A DNA stretch of 64,000 bases from an uncultured Gemmatimonadales bacterium (GCA_963779755.1 CAVZZO010000001.1:2301666-2365665), one strand, 5' to 3'; counted from the first letter of the stretch, positions 8,676 through 18,425 are shown. Notes: generated from the letters alone by a model not told the origin. A program made the numbers and translations.

Positions 8676-11396
8676 ATGCTTCACTGGATTCAGCGGTTGG
8701 TTCGGCGGATTCGTGCGCTCACCCAGCCGGCGTCGGTGGACCGCGAGTTGAGCGACGAGATCCGGCTGCACATCGAGATGGAAGCCGAGGAGCTGATGCG
8801 AACCGAGGGTCTCTCCGCCGAGGAGGCGCGCCGCCGCGCCCTGGTCGCGTTTGGTGGGGTAGAGCGCTACCGCGAGGAGCACCGCGACGCGCGGGGCGTC
8901 ACCTGGATCGAGAACCGGCTGCAGGATCTGCGCTACGCCTGGCGCGGGTTGCGGAACCGGCCGGGATTTACCGCTGCCGTAGTCATCACGCTGGCGCTCG
9001 GCATCGGCGCCAACTCGGCCATGTTCTCCATCGTGGACCGGCTGCTTTTCCGGCCGCCGCCCATGCTGCGCGACCCGGCGCGGGTGCACCGGGTCTATCT
9101 CGAGTCCACCTGGCGCGGGGAAGAGCACGCCAACAGCCATATCCAGTTTGCCCGCTTCACCGATCTGACGCGGGACACCCGCTCGTTCGCGCGCACCGCG
9201 GAGTTCACGGAAAACGATATGGCGGTGGGCACGGGCACCGAAGGCCGGGAAATGCCAATCGGTATCATCAGCGCGACGTTGTTCGGCTTCTTCGATGCTC
9301 CGCCGGCGCTGGGCCGCTATTTCACCCCCGCCGAGGACCGGCCTCCTTCGGGCACTCCCGTAGCGGTGCTGAGCTATGGCTTCTGGGAATCGCGCTACGG
9401 CGCCCGGCCGGATGCGCTGGGCCAGGCCCTCATGATCGGAGCGACACGGTACACCATCATCGGGGTCGCGCCCAGGGGATTCGCCGCCGTCTGGCCGGAA
9501 CGACCGCCCGCGATCTATATCCCGCTCGCCGCCCGTGGAGGCGAGACGGGGGCGAGGCTGGGGCTCTCCGGCGAGCAGTGGTGGACCACATACCACTGGA
9601 CCTGGGCGCAGATGCTGGTCGAGCGCAAGCCCGGCGTCAGCATCCAGGCGGCCAATGCCGATCTCTCGCAGGCCTACGTCCGGAGCTATCAGACCGAACT
9701 CGCGAGCAGCAAGGGGCAGGAGCCTCTCGCGCTGGCCAAACCGCACGCGATGGTCGCGTCGGTGCTGGCCGACCGCGGACCCAATACCTCGGGTTTGGCG
9801 AAGGTGGCGGCCTGGATCAGCGGCGTCGCGCTCGTCGTGTGGCTCATCGCCTGCGCCAACGTGGCCAATCTCCTGCTGGCCCGCGCGCTCCAGCGCCGCC
9901 GCGAAATCGCGGTCCGGCTGGCGCTGGGTGTCACCCGGTCCCGCCTGGCGGCGCAGCTGCTGACCGAAAGCGTCCTGCTGGCCGTTCTTGGCGGGCTCGC
10001 CGGCCTGGCCGTGGCGCAGTGGGGCGGTACCGTCCTGCGCTCCGCGTTCCTGTCGGAGACCACCAGCGCCACGGTCTTCACCGACACCCGCACGCTGGTC
10101 TACGCCGGCGCTGCGGCGCTGGTGGCGGGGTTGCTCACCGGCCTCGCGCCGCTGGTCCAAACCCGCCACACCGACCTCAACCGTGATCTGCGGGAAGGAG
10201 TCCGGGAGGGCACCTACCACCGCTCGACCCTTCGCGCCGGACTGCTGGTGCTGCAGGGGACACTTTGTGTCGTTCTGCTGGTCGGCGCCGGCCTGTTCGT
10301 ACGCAGTCTGCGACACGTGAAGGCGGTGCCGCTGGGCTACGAACCCGAGCATGTGGTCCTGGTGGACCTGCACATGCGCGGGGAGAAACTGGACAGTACG
10401 CAGAACCTCAGCCTCCTCCGCCAGCTGCACACGGCCGCCGCGGCCATCCCCGGTGTGGTCTCGGCGGCCCGGCAACTTACGGTCCCGTTCTGGAACAGCT
10501 GGAGCATGGGACTGCAGGTGGCGGGGATCGATTCGGTCGATCGCCTGGGCCAGTTCGAGCTGAATGCCGTTTCGCCGGAATATTTCACCACGGTGGGAAC
10601 CAGGATCCTCAAGGGCAGGGGCATCACCAGCGCGGACGTTGCCGGCGCACAGGGGGCAATGGTCGTGAGCCAGGCGATGGCGCATGTGCTCTGGCCCGGC
10701 GAGGACCCGCTGGGAGAGTGCGTCCGCGTCCTGAAGGGCCGCGATGAAACCGCGCCATGCAGCTATGTCGTGGGCGTGGCGGAGAACATCAAGGCGGATA
10801 AGCTGGGCGAGGACGCGGGCCTGTTCTACTACCTGTCCGCCGCACAGTTCCACCCGGACGAAGGCGGGCTGTACCTGCGGGTGCGCGGGCCCGCCGAGGC
10901 CTCGAAGGAAGCCATCCGGAAGGCGCTCCAGGCGGTGATGCCGGGCGACTCGTACGTGACCACCACCCCGCTCGCCGATATCGTCGGCATCCAGACCCAA
11001 TCCTGGCGGCTGGGCGCCACCATGTTCGTCATCTTCGGCCTGCTGGCGCTGGCGTTGGCCGCGATCGGGCTTTACAGCGTCATCGCATTCAATGTGGGCC
11101 AGCGGGTGCACGAGCTGGGTGTGCGGATAGCGCTGGGCGCCAGCATGCGCGACGTCATCGGGCTGGTCATGACCGGCGGAATGAAACTGGCCATCGCCGG
11201 CCTGGCGCTGGGCGGTCTGGCCGCGCTCATCGTGAGCCGCTGGGTGGAGCCGCTTCTCTTCGAGGAGAGCCCGCGGGACCCGGTGGTCTTCGGCCTGGTG
11301 GCGCTGGTGCTGCTCATCGTCGCGGCGCTGGCCAGCTTCATTCCCGCACGCCGGGCCGCCCGGGTGGATCCCATGCGGGCGTTGCGCACGGAATAG
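8676..11396 (+). CDS. ADOP-type duplicated ABC permease 3
   Basis: Same head, TLALGIGANSAMFS, IACANVANLLLAR..RRREIAVRLALG, PARRAARVDPMRALRTE. Confidence 0.95.
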   Translation: MLHWIQRLVRRIRALTQPASVDRELSDEIRLHIEMEAEELMRTEGLSAEEARRRALVAFGGVERYREEHRDARGVTWIENRLQDLRYAWRGLRNRPGFTAAVVITLALGIGANSAMFSIVDRLLFRPPPMLRDPARVHRVYLESTWRGEEHANSHIQFARFTDLTRDTRSFARTAEFTENDMAVGTGTEGREMPIGIISATLFGFFDAPPALGRYFTPAEDRPPSGTPVAVLSYGFWESRYGARPDALGQALMIGATRYTIIGVAPRGFAAVWPERPPAIYIPLAARGGETGARLGLSGEQWWTTYHWTWAQMLVERKPGVSIQAANADLSQAYVRSYQTELASSKGQEPLALAKPHAMVASVLADRGPNTSGLAKVAAWISGVALVVWLIACANVANLLLARALQRRREIAVRLALGVTRSRLAAQLLTESVLLAVLGGLAGLAVAQWGGTVLRSAFLSETTSATVFTDTRTLVYAGAAALVAGLLTGLAPLVQTRHTDLNRDLREGVREGTYHRSTLRAGLLVLQGTLCVVLLVGAGLFVRSLRHVKAVPLGYEPEHVVLVDLHMRGEKLDSTQNLSLLRQLHTAAAAIPGVVSAARQLTVPFWNSWSMGLQVAGIDSVDRLGQFELNAVSPEYFTTVGTRILKGRGITSADVAGAQGAMVVSQAMAHVLWPGEDPLGECVRVLKGRDETAPCSYVVGVAENIKADKLGEDAGLFYYLSAAQFHPDEGGLYLRVRGPAEASKEAIRKALQAVMPGDSYVTTTPLADIVGIQTQSWRLGATMFVIFGLLALALAAIGLYSVIAFNVGQRVHELGVRIALGASMRDVIGLVMTGGMKLAIAGLALGGLAALIVSRWVEPLLFEESPRDPVVFGLVALVLLIVAALASFIPARRAARVDPMRALRTE

Positions 11397-11433
11397 GCGG
11401 GAAGCGCTGCGGCGTCGGTCAGCAGAAATCACC

Positions 11434-11518
11434 TATCGGCTACCAGCAAAGGGTCTCCCGTCTCCGGTCTCCCGGCGAGAAGTACTGCCCGGCGACTGGC
11501 GACTGATAGCTGATAGCT
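11434..11518. repeat. Degenerate heptamer hairpin, family C (CTATCGG/CTACCAG ... GACTGGC/GCTGATA)
   Basis: CTATCGGCTACCAGC arm and GACTGGCGACTGATAGCTGATAG arm downstream of the permease array. Confidence 0.55.
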
Positions 11519-11567
11519 TCTCGCCCGTCCCTCCTCCCTGTCCCCCATCGATCCTCCCCACTTCTCC

Positions 11568-11596
11568 TTGCCTTAACTCCTTGTCCCGGCTAGGTT
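11568..11596 (+). promoter_or_regulatory. Sigma70-type promoter of the yceD-rpmF-fab operon
   Basis: TTGCCT-17 bp-TAGGTT; ATG only 8 nt downstream. Confidence 0.65.
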
Positions 11597-11604
11597 AAGC
11601 GGCT

Positions 11605-12069
11605 ATGCTTGTGGTGGATGTACGGGAGCTCCGGAACGGTCCGGTAGAGACCGTCGGGACACTCCCGCCGGAGGACAAAACCTTCGCCGGCCTGGATGTG
11701 AAATTGACGGCCCCGCTGGTGGTGCGGGGCCGGCTGCAGGCCACGGCAGAGGGCGAGTATTACTGGCAGGGTCACATCGCCGGCCGGGTGCGGAGCACCT
11801 GCCGGCGATGCCTGGCCGAGGGGGACAAGCCGGTCGAGGCGGCGCTCAACCTGATGTTCAGCGCCAACCCCGACACGGCCGACGATCCGAGCGTGTATCA
11901 GCTCGAGGAACACAGCCGGCAGGTAGATTTGCGGCCGGCCATCCGGGAAGAACTGGCCCTGGCCGCGCCGGCCTTCCCGTTGTGCCGGGACGATTGTGCG
12001 GGACTCTGCCCCACCTGCGGGGCCGACTTGAACGCGGGGCCCTGCGGCTGCGGCTCCGACCAGACCTGA
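11605..12069 (+). CDS. yceD: YceD/DUF177 ribosome-associated protein
   Basis: CRRCL and PLCRDDCAGLCPTCG.DLN..PCGC motifs; conserved position before rpmF. Confidence 0.93.
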   Translation: MLVVDVRELRNGPVETVGTLPPEDKTFAGLDVKLTAPLVVRGRLQATAEGEYYWQGHIAGRVRSTCRRCLAEGDKPVEAALNLMFSANPDTADDPSVYQLEEHSRQVDLRPAIREELALAAPAFPLCRDDCAGLCPTCGADLNAGPCGCGSDQT

Positions 12070-12076
12070 GGATACC

Positions 12077-12259
12077 ATGGCAGTTCCCAAGAGGCGGACC
12101 TCCAAGGCCCGCAAGCGTTCCCGTCGGAGCCACCACAGCGGTGCCGGCATGGCGGTCCAGCCCTGTCCAAGGTGCGACTCGCCCAAGCTGTCGCACAGAG
12201 TCTGCCCCACCTGCGGCTACTACCGCGGGAAGAAAATGGTCGAGGTCGAGGACGCCTGA
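12077..12259 (+). CDS. rpmF: 50S ribosomal protein L32
   Basis: MAVPKRRTSKARK, CxxC..HRVCPTCGYYRG. Confidence 0.98.
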   Translation: MAVPKRRTSKARKRSRRSHHSGAGMAVQPCPRCDSPKLSHRVCPTCGYYRGKKMVEVEDA

Positions 12260-12261
12260 GC

Positions 12262-13275
12262 GTGATCCGTGTCGCGCTGGACGCCATGGGTGGGGATCAC
12301 GCCCCGCAGGTCGAGGTTGACGGAGCGGCCCTGGCCCTCGCCGAACTGCCGGCCGCCTTTCTGATCCAGCTGGTGGGTTCCACCGAGCGGATCGAGGCGG
12401 AACTGGCCCGGCATCCGGGGCTCGATCGCTCCCGCATCGAGATCCGGGAGGCGCCCGAAGTGATCGGCATGGGCGAGAAGCCTCTGGCCGCTATCCGGCG
12501 CAAACCGAAGAGCAGCATCAACGTGGGTGTGGGCCTCCAGAAGGCGGGGGAGGCCGATGCCTTCGTGTCTGCGGGCAACACCGGCGCTATCCTGGCGGCC
12601 TCCACCCTGCACCTGGGGCTGCACGACGGGGTCGAGCGCGCCACGGTGGCGACACTCTTTCCCACCGCCACGCGGCCCTGCCTGGTGCTGGACGCCGGGG
12701 CCAACGTGGACTGCTCGCCCCGCGAACTGGTCTGCTTTGCCCACCTGGGTACCGTGTACGCCCGCGATCTGCTGGGCCAGGCCAAGCCCGCGGTGGCGCT
12801 GCTCAACATCGGCGAAGAGGACGAAAAGGGGAACGCCACGGTGCGCCAGGCGCACCAGCTGCTCAAGCAGGACACCCGGCTCAATTACATCGGCAACATC
12901 GAGGGGCGCGACATCCTGGCCGGCCACGAGAAGCACGGGTCGGTGGACGTGGTCGTCACCGACGGGTTCGTGGGCAATATCGTGCTCAAGTTCTATGAGT
13001 CGGTGGCCCGCCTGATCGTCCGCCTGGTCCGGCGCGACGCGCCCGAAGTCATGGAACGGCAGGACATCCGCAAGATCTTCCGCTTCCTCGACTACTCCGA
13101 ATACGGCGGCGCGCCGCTGCTCGGAGTGAAGGGGGTCTGTATCATCTGCCACGGCTCCTCCACCACCAACGCCGTCAAGAACGCCATCCGGGTGGCCGTT
13201 CAGGCGGTGGAGACCGGGCTGTCCCGCCACATCGGCGCGGAGTTCGCCGGCCGCGACATCCCCGCGCAGGCATGA
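12262..13275 (+). CDS. plsX: Phosphate acyltransferase PlsX
   Basis: VALDAMGGDHAP, SAGNTGA, LDAGAN, LLNIGEEDEKG, DGFVGN, YGGAPLLG, HGSS; GTG start inferred at 12262. Confidence 0.96.
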   Translation: MIRVALDAMGGDHAPQVEVDGAALALAELPAAFLIQLVGSTERIEAELARHPGLDRSRIEIREAPEVIGMGEKPLAAIRRKPKSSINVGVGLQKAGEADAFVSAGNTGAILAASTLHLGLHDGVERATVATLFPTATRPCLVLDAGANVDCSPRELVCFAHLGTVYARDLLGQAKPAVALLNIGEEDEKGNATVRQAHQLLKQDTRLNYIGNIEGRDILAGHEKHGSVDVVVTDGFVGNIVLKFYESVARLIVRLVRRDAPEVMERQDIRKIFRFLDYSEYGGAPLLGVKGVCIICHGSSTTNAVKNAIRVAVQAVETGLSRHIGAEFAGRDIPAQA

Positions 13276-14267
13276 TGCAGCGACCCTTCGCCCGCGTCGC
13301 GGGGCTCGGCGTGGCCGTACCCCAGAAGATCCTCACCAACGCCGATTTCGAGCGGATGTTCGACACGTCCGACCAGTGGATCGTCGAGCGGACCGGCATT
13401 CGCGAGCGGCATATCGCGGGCCCCGGGGACACCGTCGCCGGCCTGTCGGAACAGGCGTCCCGCATCGCGCTGGAGCAGGCGGGCCTCACGCCCATGGACC
13501 TGGGCGCCATCGTGGTGGGCACCGCCACGCCCGACCGGCTGCTGCCGGCCACCGCGTGCGACCTGCAGGCGCTGCTGGGCGCCGAGAACGCCGCCGCGTT
13601 CGACATCTCCACCGCCTGCCCGGGCTTCATCTACGCCACCAGCATCGCCGAGGCGCTGATCGCCCAGGGGCAGTCGGAGAACGTCCTGGTGCTGGGTGCC
13701 GAGAAGCTGTCCACCATCACCGACTACCAGGACCGCTCGACCGCGGTGCTCTTCGGTGACGGCGCGGGCGCGGCGGTGATCCGGCGGACCGACGGCGCCG
13801 ACGGCCGCGGTATTCTCTCCACCTTCCTCAAGACCGACGGCCGGCTGGCCAACCTGCTCTACCGCCCGGGCGGCGGCTCCAGCGACCCCATCAGCGACAA
13901 GGTCGTCTCGGAACGCACGCACTACATCAAGATGGCGGGGCGCGAAGTCTTCAAGGCGGCGGTGCTGGCCATGTCCGAGGCCTGCGACCAGGCGCTGGCC
14001 CGCGCCGGACTCACCGGCGACGATATCGATCTGCTGGTGCCGCACCAAGCCAATATCCGGATCATCGAGGCGACGGCCAAGCATGCCGGCGTACCCATGG
14101 CCAAGGTCATGGTCAATATCGACCGTTACGGCAACACCTCCTCGGCGTCCATCCCGCTGGCGATCGATCAGGCGCGATCCGAGGGGCGGATCAAACCCGG
14201 GTCCATCCTGCTGCTGGTGGCCTTCGGCGCGGGGTTCACCTGGGGGAGCGTGGTCCTGCGTTGGTGA
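13272..14267 (+). CDS. fabH: 3-oxoacyl-ACP synthase III
   Basis: DTSDQWIVERTGIRER, ACPGF catalytic Cys, PHQAN, GNTSSAS, FGAGFTWG. Confidence 0.97.
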   Translation: MMQRPFARVAGLGVAVPQKILTNADFERMFDTSDQWIVERTGIRERHIAGPGDTVAGLSEQASRIALEQAGLTPMDLGAIVVGTATPDRLLPATACDLQALLGAENAAAFDISTACPGFIYATSIAEALIAQGQSENVLVLGAEKLSTITDYQDRSTAVLFGDGAGAAVIRRTDGADGRGILSTFLKTDGRLANLLYRPGGGSSDPISDKVVSERTHYIKMAGREVFKAAVLAMSEACDQALARAGLTGDDIDLLVPHQANIRIIEATAKHAGVPMAKVMVNIDRYGNTSSASIPLAIDQARSEGRIKPGSILLLVAFGAGFTWGSVVLRW

Positions 14268-15184
14268 CCGTCCTGCTGTGTCCGGGCCAGGGTGCGCAGA
14301 AGGTGGGCATGGCGCGCGACCTGGCGGAGCGCTTTCCCGCCGCGCGGGAGATGCTCGCGCGTCTGGATAGCGCGCTCGGATTCCCGCTCTCCCGCCTCAT
14401 GGCCGAGGGCCCGGAGGAGGAGCTGACCCGCACCGATAATGCCCAGCCGGCCATCCTGGCGCATACGGTGGCGGTCTTCACCGTGGTGCGCGAACGGCTG
14501 GGGCCGGTGAGCGCAGCCGCGGGGCATAGCCTGGGCGAGTACAGCGCCTACGTGACCGCCGGGACCTTGTCCCCGGAAGCGGCGGCGCGGCTGGTCCGGC
14601 GCCGCGGCGAGCTGATGCTCGAGGCCGGGGCCCGGCGCCCGGGCACCATGGCCGCCGTGCTGGGGCTGGGCGAAGCCGACGTGGATGCGGCCTGCCAGGA
14701 GGCGGCGGTCGAGGGCATGGTGGTAGCTGCCAACCTGAATGCGCCGGACCAGACGGTCATTTCGGGCGAGCCGGCGGCGGTGCAGGCGGCGGGGGAGCGG
14801 TGCAAGGCGCGCGGCGCCAGGCGGGTGCTGCCGCTCAAGGTGAGCGGCGCATTTCATTCGCCGCTCATGGCGCCCGCGGTCGACGGCCTGCACGATGCGC
14901 TGGCCGCGGTCCCGTTCACCGATCCGGCCTTCCCGGTGGTCGCCAACGCCAGCGGCGAGCTGGTCCGTACCTCGGCCGACGCCAAGCGGCTGCTCACCGA
15001 CCAGCTTACCGCCCCGGTCCGCTGGGTCGGCTGCATGCGGACGGCGGCCAAGCTGGGAGACGATATCCGGTTCGTGGAGCTTGGGCCCGGCAGTGTGCTC
15101 TCGGGCCTGGCCCGCAAGATTCTCCCCGGCGCCAATACCGTAAGCCTGGGGACGGCCGACGAGGTGGAGCAATTCCTGGCATGA
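14264..15184 (+). CDS. fabD: Malonyl-CoA:ACP transacylase
   Basis: PGQGAQ, GHSLGEY, VSGAFHSPLM, ELGPG. Confidence 0.97.
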   Translation: MTVLLCPGQGAQKVGMARDLAERFPAAREMLARLDSALGFPLSRLMAEGPEEELTRTDNAQPAILAHTVAVFTVVRERLGPVSAAAGHSLGEYSAYVTAGTLSPEAAARLVRRRGELMLEAGARRPGTMAAVLGLGEADVDAACQEAAVEGMVVAANLNAPDQTVISGEPAAVQAAGERCKARGARRVLPLKVSGAFHSPLMAPAVDGLHDALAAVPFTDPAFPVVANASGELVRTSADAKRLLTDQLTAPVRWVGCMRTAAKLGDDIRFVELGPGSVLSGLARKILPGANTVSLGTADEVEQFLA

Positions 15185-15921
15185 TCTCCATCGACCTGAG
15201 CGGGCGCACCGCCTTCGTGACCGGCAGCACCCGCGGCATCGGGCTGGCCACGGCGCAGCGCCTGCACCAGGCGGGGGCGAAAGTGGCCATCGTCGGCCGG
15301 GATGCCGCCAAGGCACGCGAGGTAGCGGCCAGCCTGGGCGAGGGGGCCGCCGGGGTCGGCTGCGATGTGCTGGATGCGGGACAGGTCGAAGCCGCGCTGA
15401 AGGAGGCCGAGGCGGCCCTGGGGCCGGTGGACATCCTGGTGAACAATGCCGGGCTGGCGCGAGACAACCTGCTGCTGCGGATGAGCGAGGACGACTGGGA
15501 TACGGTGCTGGACGCCAACCTCAAGGGCGCGTTCCACACCACCCGGCTTTGCCTGCGCGGCATGATGAAGCGTCGTTGGGGCCGGATCATCAACATCAGC
15601 AGCGTGGTGGGGCTGACGGGCAACAAGGGCCAGGCGAACTACGCCGCCAGCAAGGGCGGCCTCATCGCCTTCAGCCGGTCGGTGGCCAAGGAGTATGCCA
15701 GCCGCAACGTGCTGGTGAACTGCGTGGCCCCCGGTTTCATTGAAACGGATATGACGCGCGACTTGCCCGGGGAAGTGCGCGGGGCAATGTTAGGTACCGT
15801 TGCCCTGGAGCGTCCCGGCGCGCCCGAGGATGTGGCGGGAGCCGTGGTGTTTCTCGCCTCCGAGCTGGCGGGGTACATTACCGGCCAGGTGCTGGTGGTT
15901 GACGGCGGCATGGTTTTCTGA
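15181..15921 (+). CDS. fabG: 3-oxoacyl-ACP reductase
   Basis: [33 protein letters not shown] overlapping the fabD stop. Confidence 0.97.
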   Translation: MISIDLSGRTAFVTGSTRGIGLATAQRLHQAGAKVAIVGRDAAKAREVAASLGEGAAGVGCDVLDAGQVEAALKEAEAALGPVDILVNNAGLARDNLLLRMSEDDWDTVLDANLKGAFHTTRLCLRGMMKRRWGRIINISSVVGLTGNKGQANYAASKGGLIAFSRSVAKEYASRNVLVNCVAPGFIETDMTRDLPGEVRGAMLGTVALERPGAPEDVAGAVVFLASELAGYITGQVLVVDGGMVF

Positions 15922-15949
15922 GAATTCTTCCACCCCTGTCGAGGACAGC

Positions 15950-16189
15950 ATGAGCGAGATCGAAGAGAAGGTCAAAGACATCATCGTCGAGGAGCTGGGC
16001 GTCGAGCGCGAGAAGCTCACCGATGAGGCCAGCTTCATGGAAGACCTCGGCGCGGACAGTCTCGACACGGTCGAGCTGGTCATGGCCTTCGAGAAGGAAT
16101 TCGACATCGACATCCCCGACGAAGAGGCGGAGAAGCTCCGCACCGTGGGCGATGCGATGAAATATCTGCACGAGAAGCTCGGGAAGTAG
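15950..16189 (+). CDS. acpP: Acyl carrier protein
   Basis: [24 protein letters not shown] before ATG 15950. Confidence 0.98.
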   Translation: MSEIEEKVKDIIVEELGVEREKLTDEASFMEDLGADSLDTVELVMAFEKEFDIDIPDEEAEKLRTVGDAMKYLHEKLGK

Positions 16190-17436
16190 TGCCGCATCGC
16201 GTCGTCGTCACCGGGCTGGGCCTGGTGACGCCCGTCGGGACCACCGTCGCCGACACCTGGCAGGCGTTGCTGTCGGGTGCCTCCGGCGCGGGGCCGATCA
16301 CCAAGTTCGATCCATCCGCCCTGCAGGTGCGGTTCGCCTGCGAGGTGAGGGGCTTCGATGCCCTGCAATACATGGATCGCAAGGAGGTGAAGCGAACCGA
16401 CCTCTATTCCCGGTTCGCGCTGGCCGCGGCCCACCAGGCCATTACCCAGGCCGGGCTGGAGGGGAAGTTCCCCCATCCGGGACGCACCGGGGTGGTCATC
16501 GGCAGCGGCATCGGCGGGATGGAAACCTACGAGGAAAACTGCAAGATCTTCCTCACCAAGGGTCCCGACCGGGTGTCGCCCTTCTTCGTGCCGATGTTCA
16601 TCCCCGACATGGCGGCGGGGCTGGTCTCCATGCGCTACGGCCTCAAGGGGCCCAATTTCGCCACGGTGTCCGCCTGCGCCTCCTCGGCCCACGCCATCGG
16701 CGAATCGTACAAGATGATCAAGCACGGCGTGGCCGATGCCATGGTATCGGGCGGCGCCGAGGCGGCCATCACCGGGCTTACCATCGCAGCCTTCAGCAAC
16801 ATGAAGGCGCTCAGCACCCGCAACGACGCGCCCAAGGAAGCCAGCCGGCCCTTCGACGCGCTGCGCGACGGGTTCGTGCTGGGCGACGGCGGAGCGGTGG
16901 TGGTGCTGGAGAGTCTGGAGCACGCGCAGGCCCGGGGCGCCGCCATCCTGGGCGAGGTGATCGGCTACGGCATGAGCGCCGACGCCTACCACATGACCTC
17001 CCCCGCGCCCGACGGGGAAGGGGCCCAGCGTGCTATCCGGGCCTGCCTGGCGGACGGGAAGATCGATCCGGCGCAGGTGGACTACATCAACGCCCACGGC
17101 ACGTCCACGATGCTGGGCGACATCGCCGAGACCAAGGCCGTGAAGGCGGTCTTTGGCCAGCACGCGCGGGAGCTGGTCTTCGGCAGCACCAAGAGCATGA
17201 CCGGCCACCTGCTGGGCGCCGCCGGCGGCCTGGAGTTCGCGGTGAGCCTCCTCGCCGCCACCCAGGATGTGATCCCCCCGACGATCAACCAGGTCCAGCC
17301 GGACCCGGAATGCGATCTCGATTGCGCGCCCAATCAGAAGGTGGAGCGCAAGGTGCGGATTGCGCTCTCGAACTCCTTCGGGTTCGGCGGACACAACGTG
17401 ACGCTGGGGGTGAAGCGGTTCGAAGAGCAGGATTGA
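16189..17436 (+). CDS. fabF: 3-oxoacyl-ACP synthase II
   Basis: RVVVTGLG, SACASS, DAYHMT, NAHGTST, KSMTGHLLGAAG, SNSFGFGGHN. Confidence 0.97.
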   Translation: MPHRVVVTGLGLVTPVGTTVADTWQALLSGASGAGPITKFDPSALQVRFACEVRGFDALQYMDRKEVKRTDLYSRFALAAAHQAITQAGLEGKFPHPGRTGVVIGSGIGGMETYEENCKIFLTKGPDRVSPFFVPMFIPDMAAGLVSMRYGLKGPNFATVSACASSAHAIGESYKMIKHGVADAMVSGGAEAAITGLTIAAFSNMKALSTRNDAPKEASRPFDALRDGFVLGDGGAVVVLESLEHAQARGAAILGEVIGYGMSADAYHMTSPAPDGEGAQRAIRACLADGKIDPAQVDYINAHGTSTMLGDIAETKAVKAVFGQHARELVFGSTKSMTGHLLGAAGGLEFAVSLLAATQDVIPPTINQVQPDPECDLDCAPNQKVERKVRIALSNSFGFGGHNVTLGVKRFEEQD

Positions 17437-17467
17437 GGATTGGGCATGGAGGGCCCGGCAGGCTCCG

Positions 17468-17503
17468 CTCGACCCTCTTGACTCTCTCGACCCCCTCGAC
17501 CTA
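17468..17503. repeat. Four degenerate 9-mer tandem units (CTCGACCCY)
   Basis: CTCGACCCT CTTGACTCT CTCGACCCC CTCGACCTA. Confidence 0.7.
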
Positions 17504-17553
17504 TCACTCAGGGGAGTGAAGACGGCGGCATCATGCAGTCCGGGGGCACCACC

Positions 17554-17712
17554 ATGGCTTTTCTGCTCCTCCTCCAGGATCCTACCACTCTCTGCCAGAC
17601 CATCGGCGTCTGCCCCGCGACGCAGGCCACCACCGCGCCCAATCTGCTCTACCTCGCCACCACCATGATCGTCTTCGGGGTGATCATCTACCGGTCGCAG
17701 CACCGGCGCTAG
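17554..17712 (+). CDS. Small (52 aa) predicted membrane peptide, below the ORF-track cutoff
   Basis: MAFLLLLQDPTTLCQTIGVCPATQATTAPNLLYLATTMIVFGVIIYRSQHRR; GC3-rich codons like host genes, G-rich SD-like tract, C-terminal hydrophobic helix plus basic tail; alternative ATG at 17533. Confidence 0.6.
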   Translation: MAFLLLLQDPTTLCQTIGVCPATQATTAPNLLYLATTMIVFGVIIYRSQHRR

Positions 17713-17795
17713 GGACCAGGAGTCAGGAATCAGGGACCAGGGAGTCCGCCTCCCTGATTCCCCATTCCTGATTCCCGGTTCCTGATTCCTGGTCC
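17712..17795. repeat. Heptamer-repeat hairpin, family B
   Basis: GGGACCAGGAGTCAGGAATCAGGGACCAGG ... CCTGATT/CCCCATT/CCCGGTT/CCTGGTCCC. Confidence 0.9.
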
Positions 17796-17815
17796 CTTCC
17801 GCAAGGAACTTTTCC

Positions 17816-18148
17816 ATGGCCTCCGACCTTCTCTTCATCGGCATCAAGGGCCACGTGGTGGCGCTGGATGCGTACACCGGGACGGAACACTGGCGGACGA
17901 AACTGGCCGGCGCCGCCTTCGTGACCGTCGCCAGCGACGGCGCCCGACTCTACGCCGCGGCGCGGGGGGAAGTGTTCTGCCTCGACCGGACCACCGGTGC
18001 CGTCATCTGGCACAACGGGATGAAGGGGATGGGCTACGGCCTGGCGAGTCTGCTGCCGCCGGGAGCCCTGACCGGCGGGAGCGAGGCGCTGGCCGAGGCG
18101 CAACGTCGGATCGAAGCGCAGCGCCAGGCGGCGCATGGGGTGGGATAG
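17816..18148 (+). CDS. Small PQQ/BamB-like beta-propeller repeat protein
   Basis: Two repeats GHVVALDAYTGTEHW and GEVFCLDRTTGAVIW; AAGGA SD. Confidence 0.8.
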   Translation: MASDLLFIGIKGHVVALDAYTGTEHWRTKLAGAAFVTVASDGARLYAAARGEVFCLDRTTGAVIWHNGMKGMGYGLASLLPPGALTGGSEALAEAQRRIEAQRQAAHGVG

Positions 18149-18425
18149 AGACAACATGAAGGAAGAAGGGACTGAGGACTGAGCCGGTTGGCATTGGTTC
18201 TTGGCATGGTGTGCGGTGTCGTATCTGACGGTAGATGCGGGGATTCGCGACACTCGATGTCACCGCACCAGGGGCAGGGAGAATCGCCTCGGAGGCAAGG
18301 AGGCAGGAAGGGAGGTCGTAAGCGTCAGTCGTTGATGAAGCTGGTGAACCCCTCCCTGGATGCGACCTCTTGACAAGCCCCGTACCGCCGGCAGGTTATC
18401 GAGATCTCCAATGGAGGCGGCTTTC

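Noticed and set aside
7161..11432. 1423-aa minus-strand ORF (likewise 42233-46600, 15790-17877, 27053-29461, 36126-38105, 57054-58622)
   Set aside because: Antisense shadows of well-supported genes in GC-rich DNA; no recognisable motifs.
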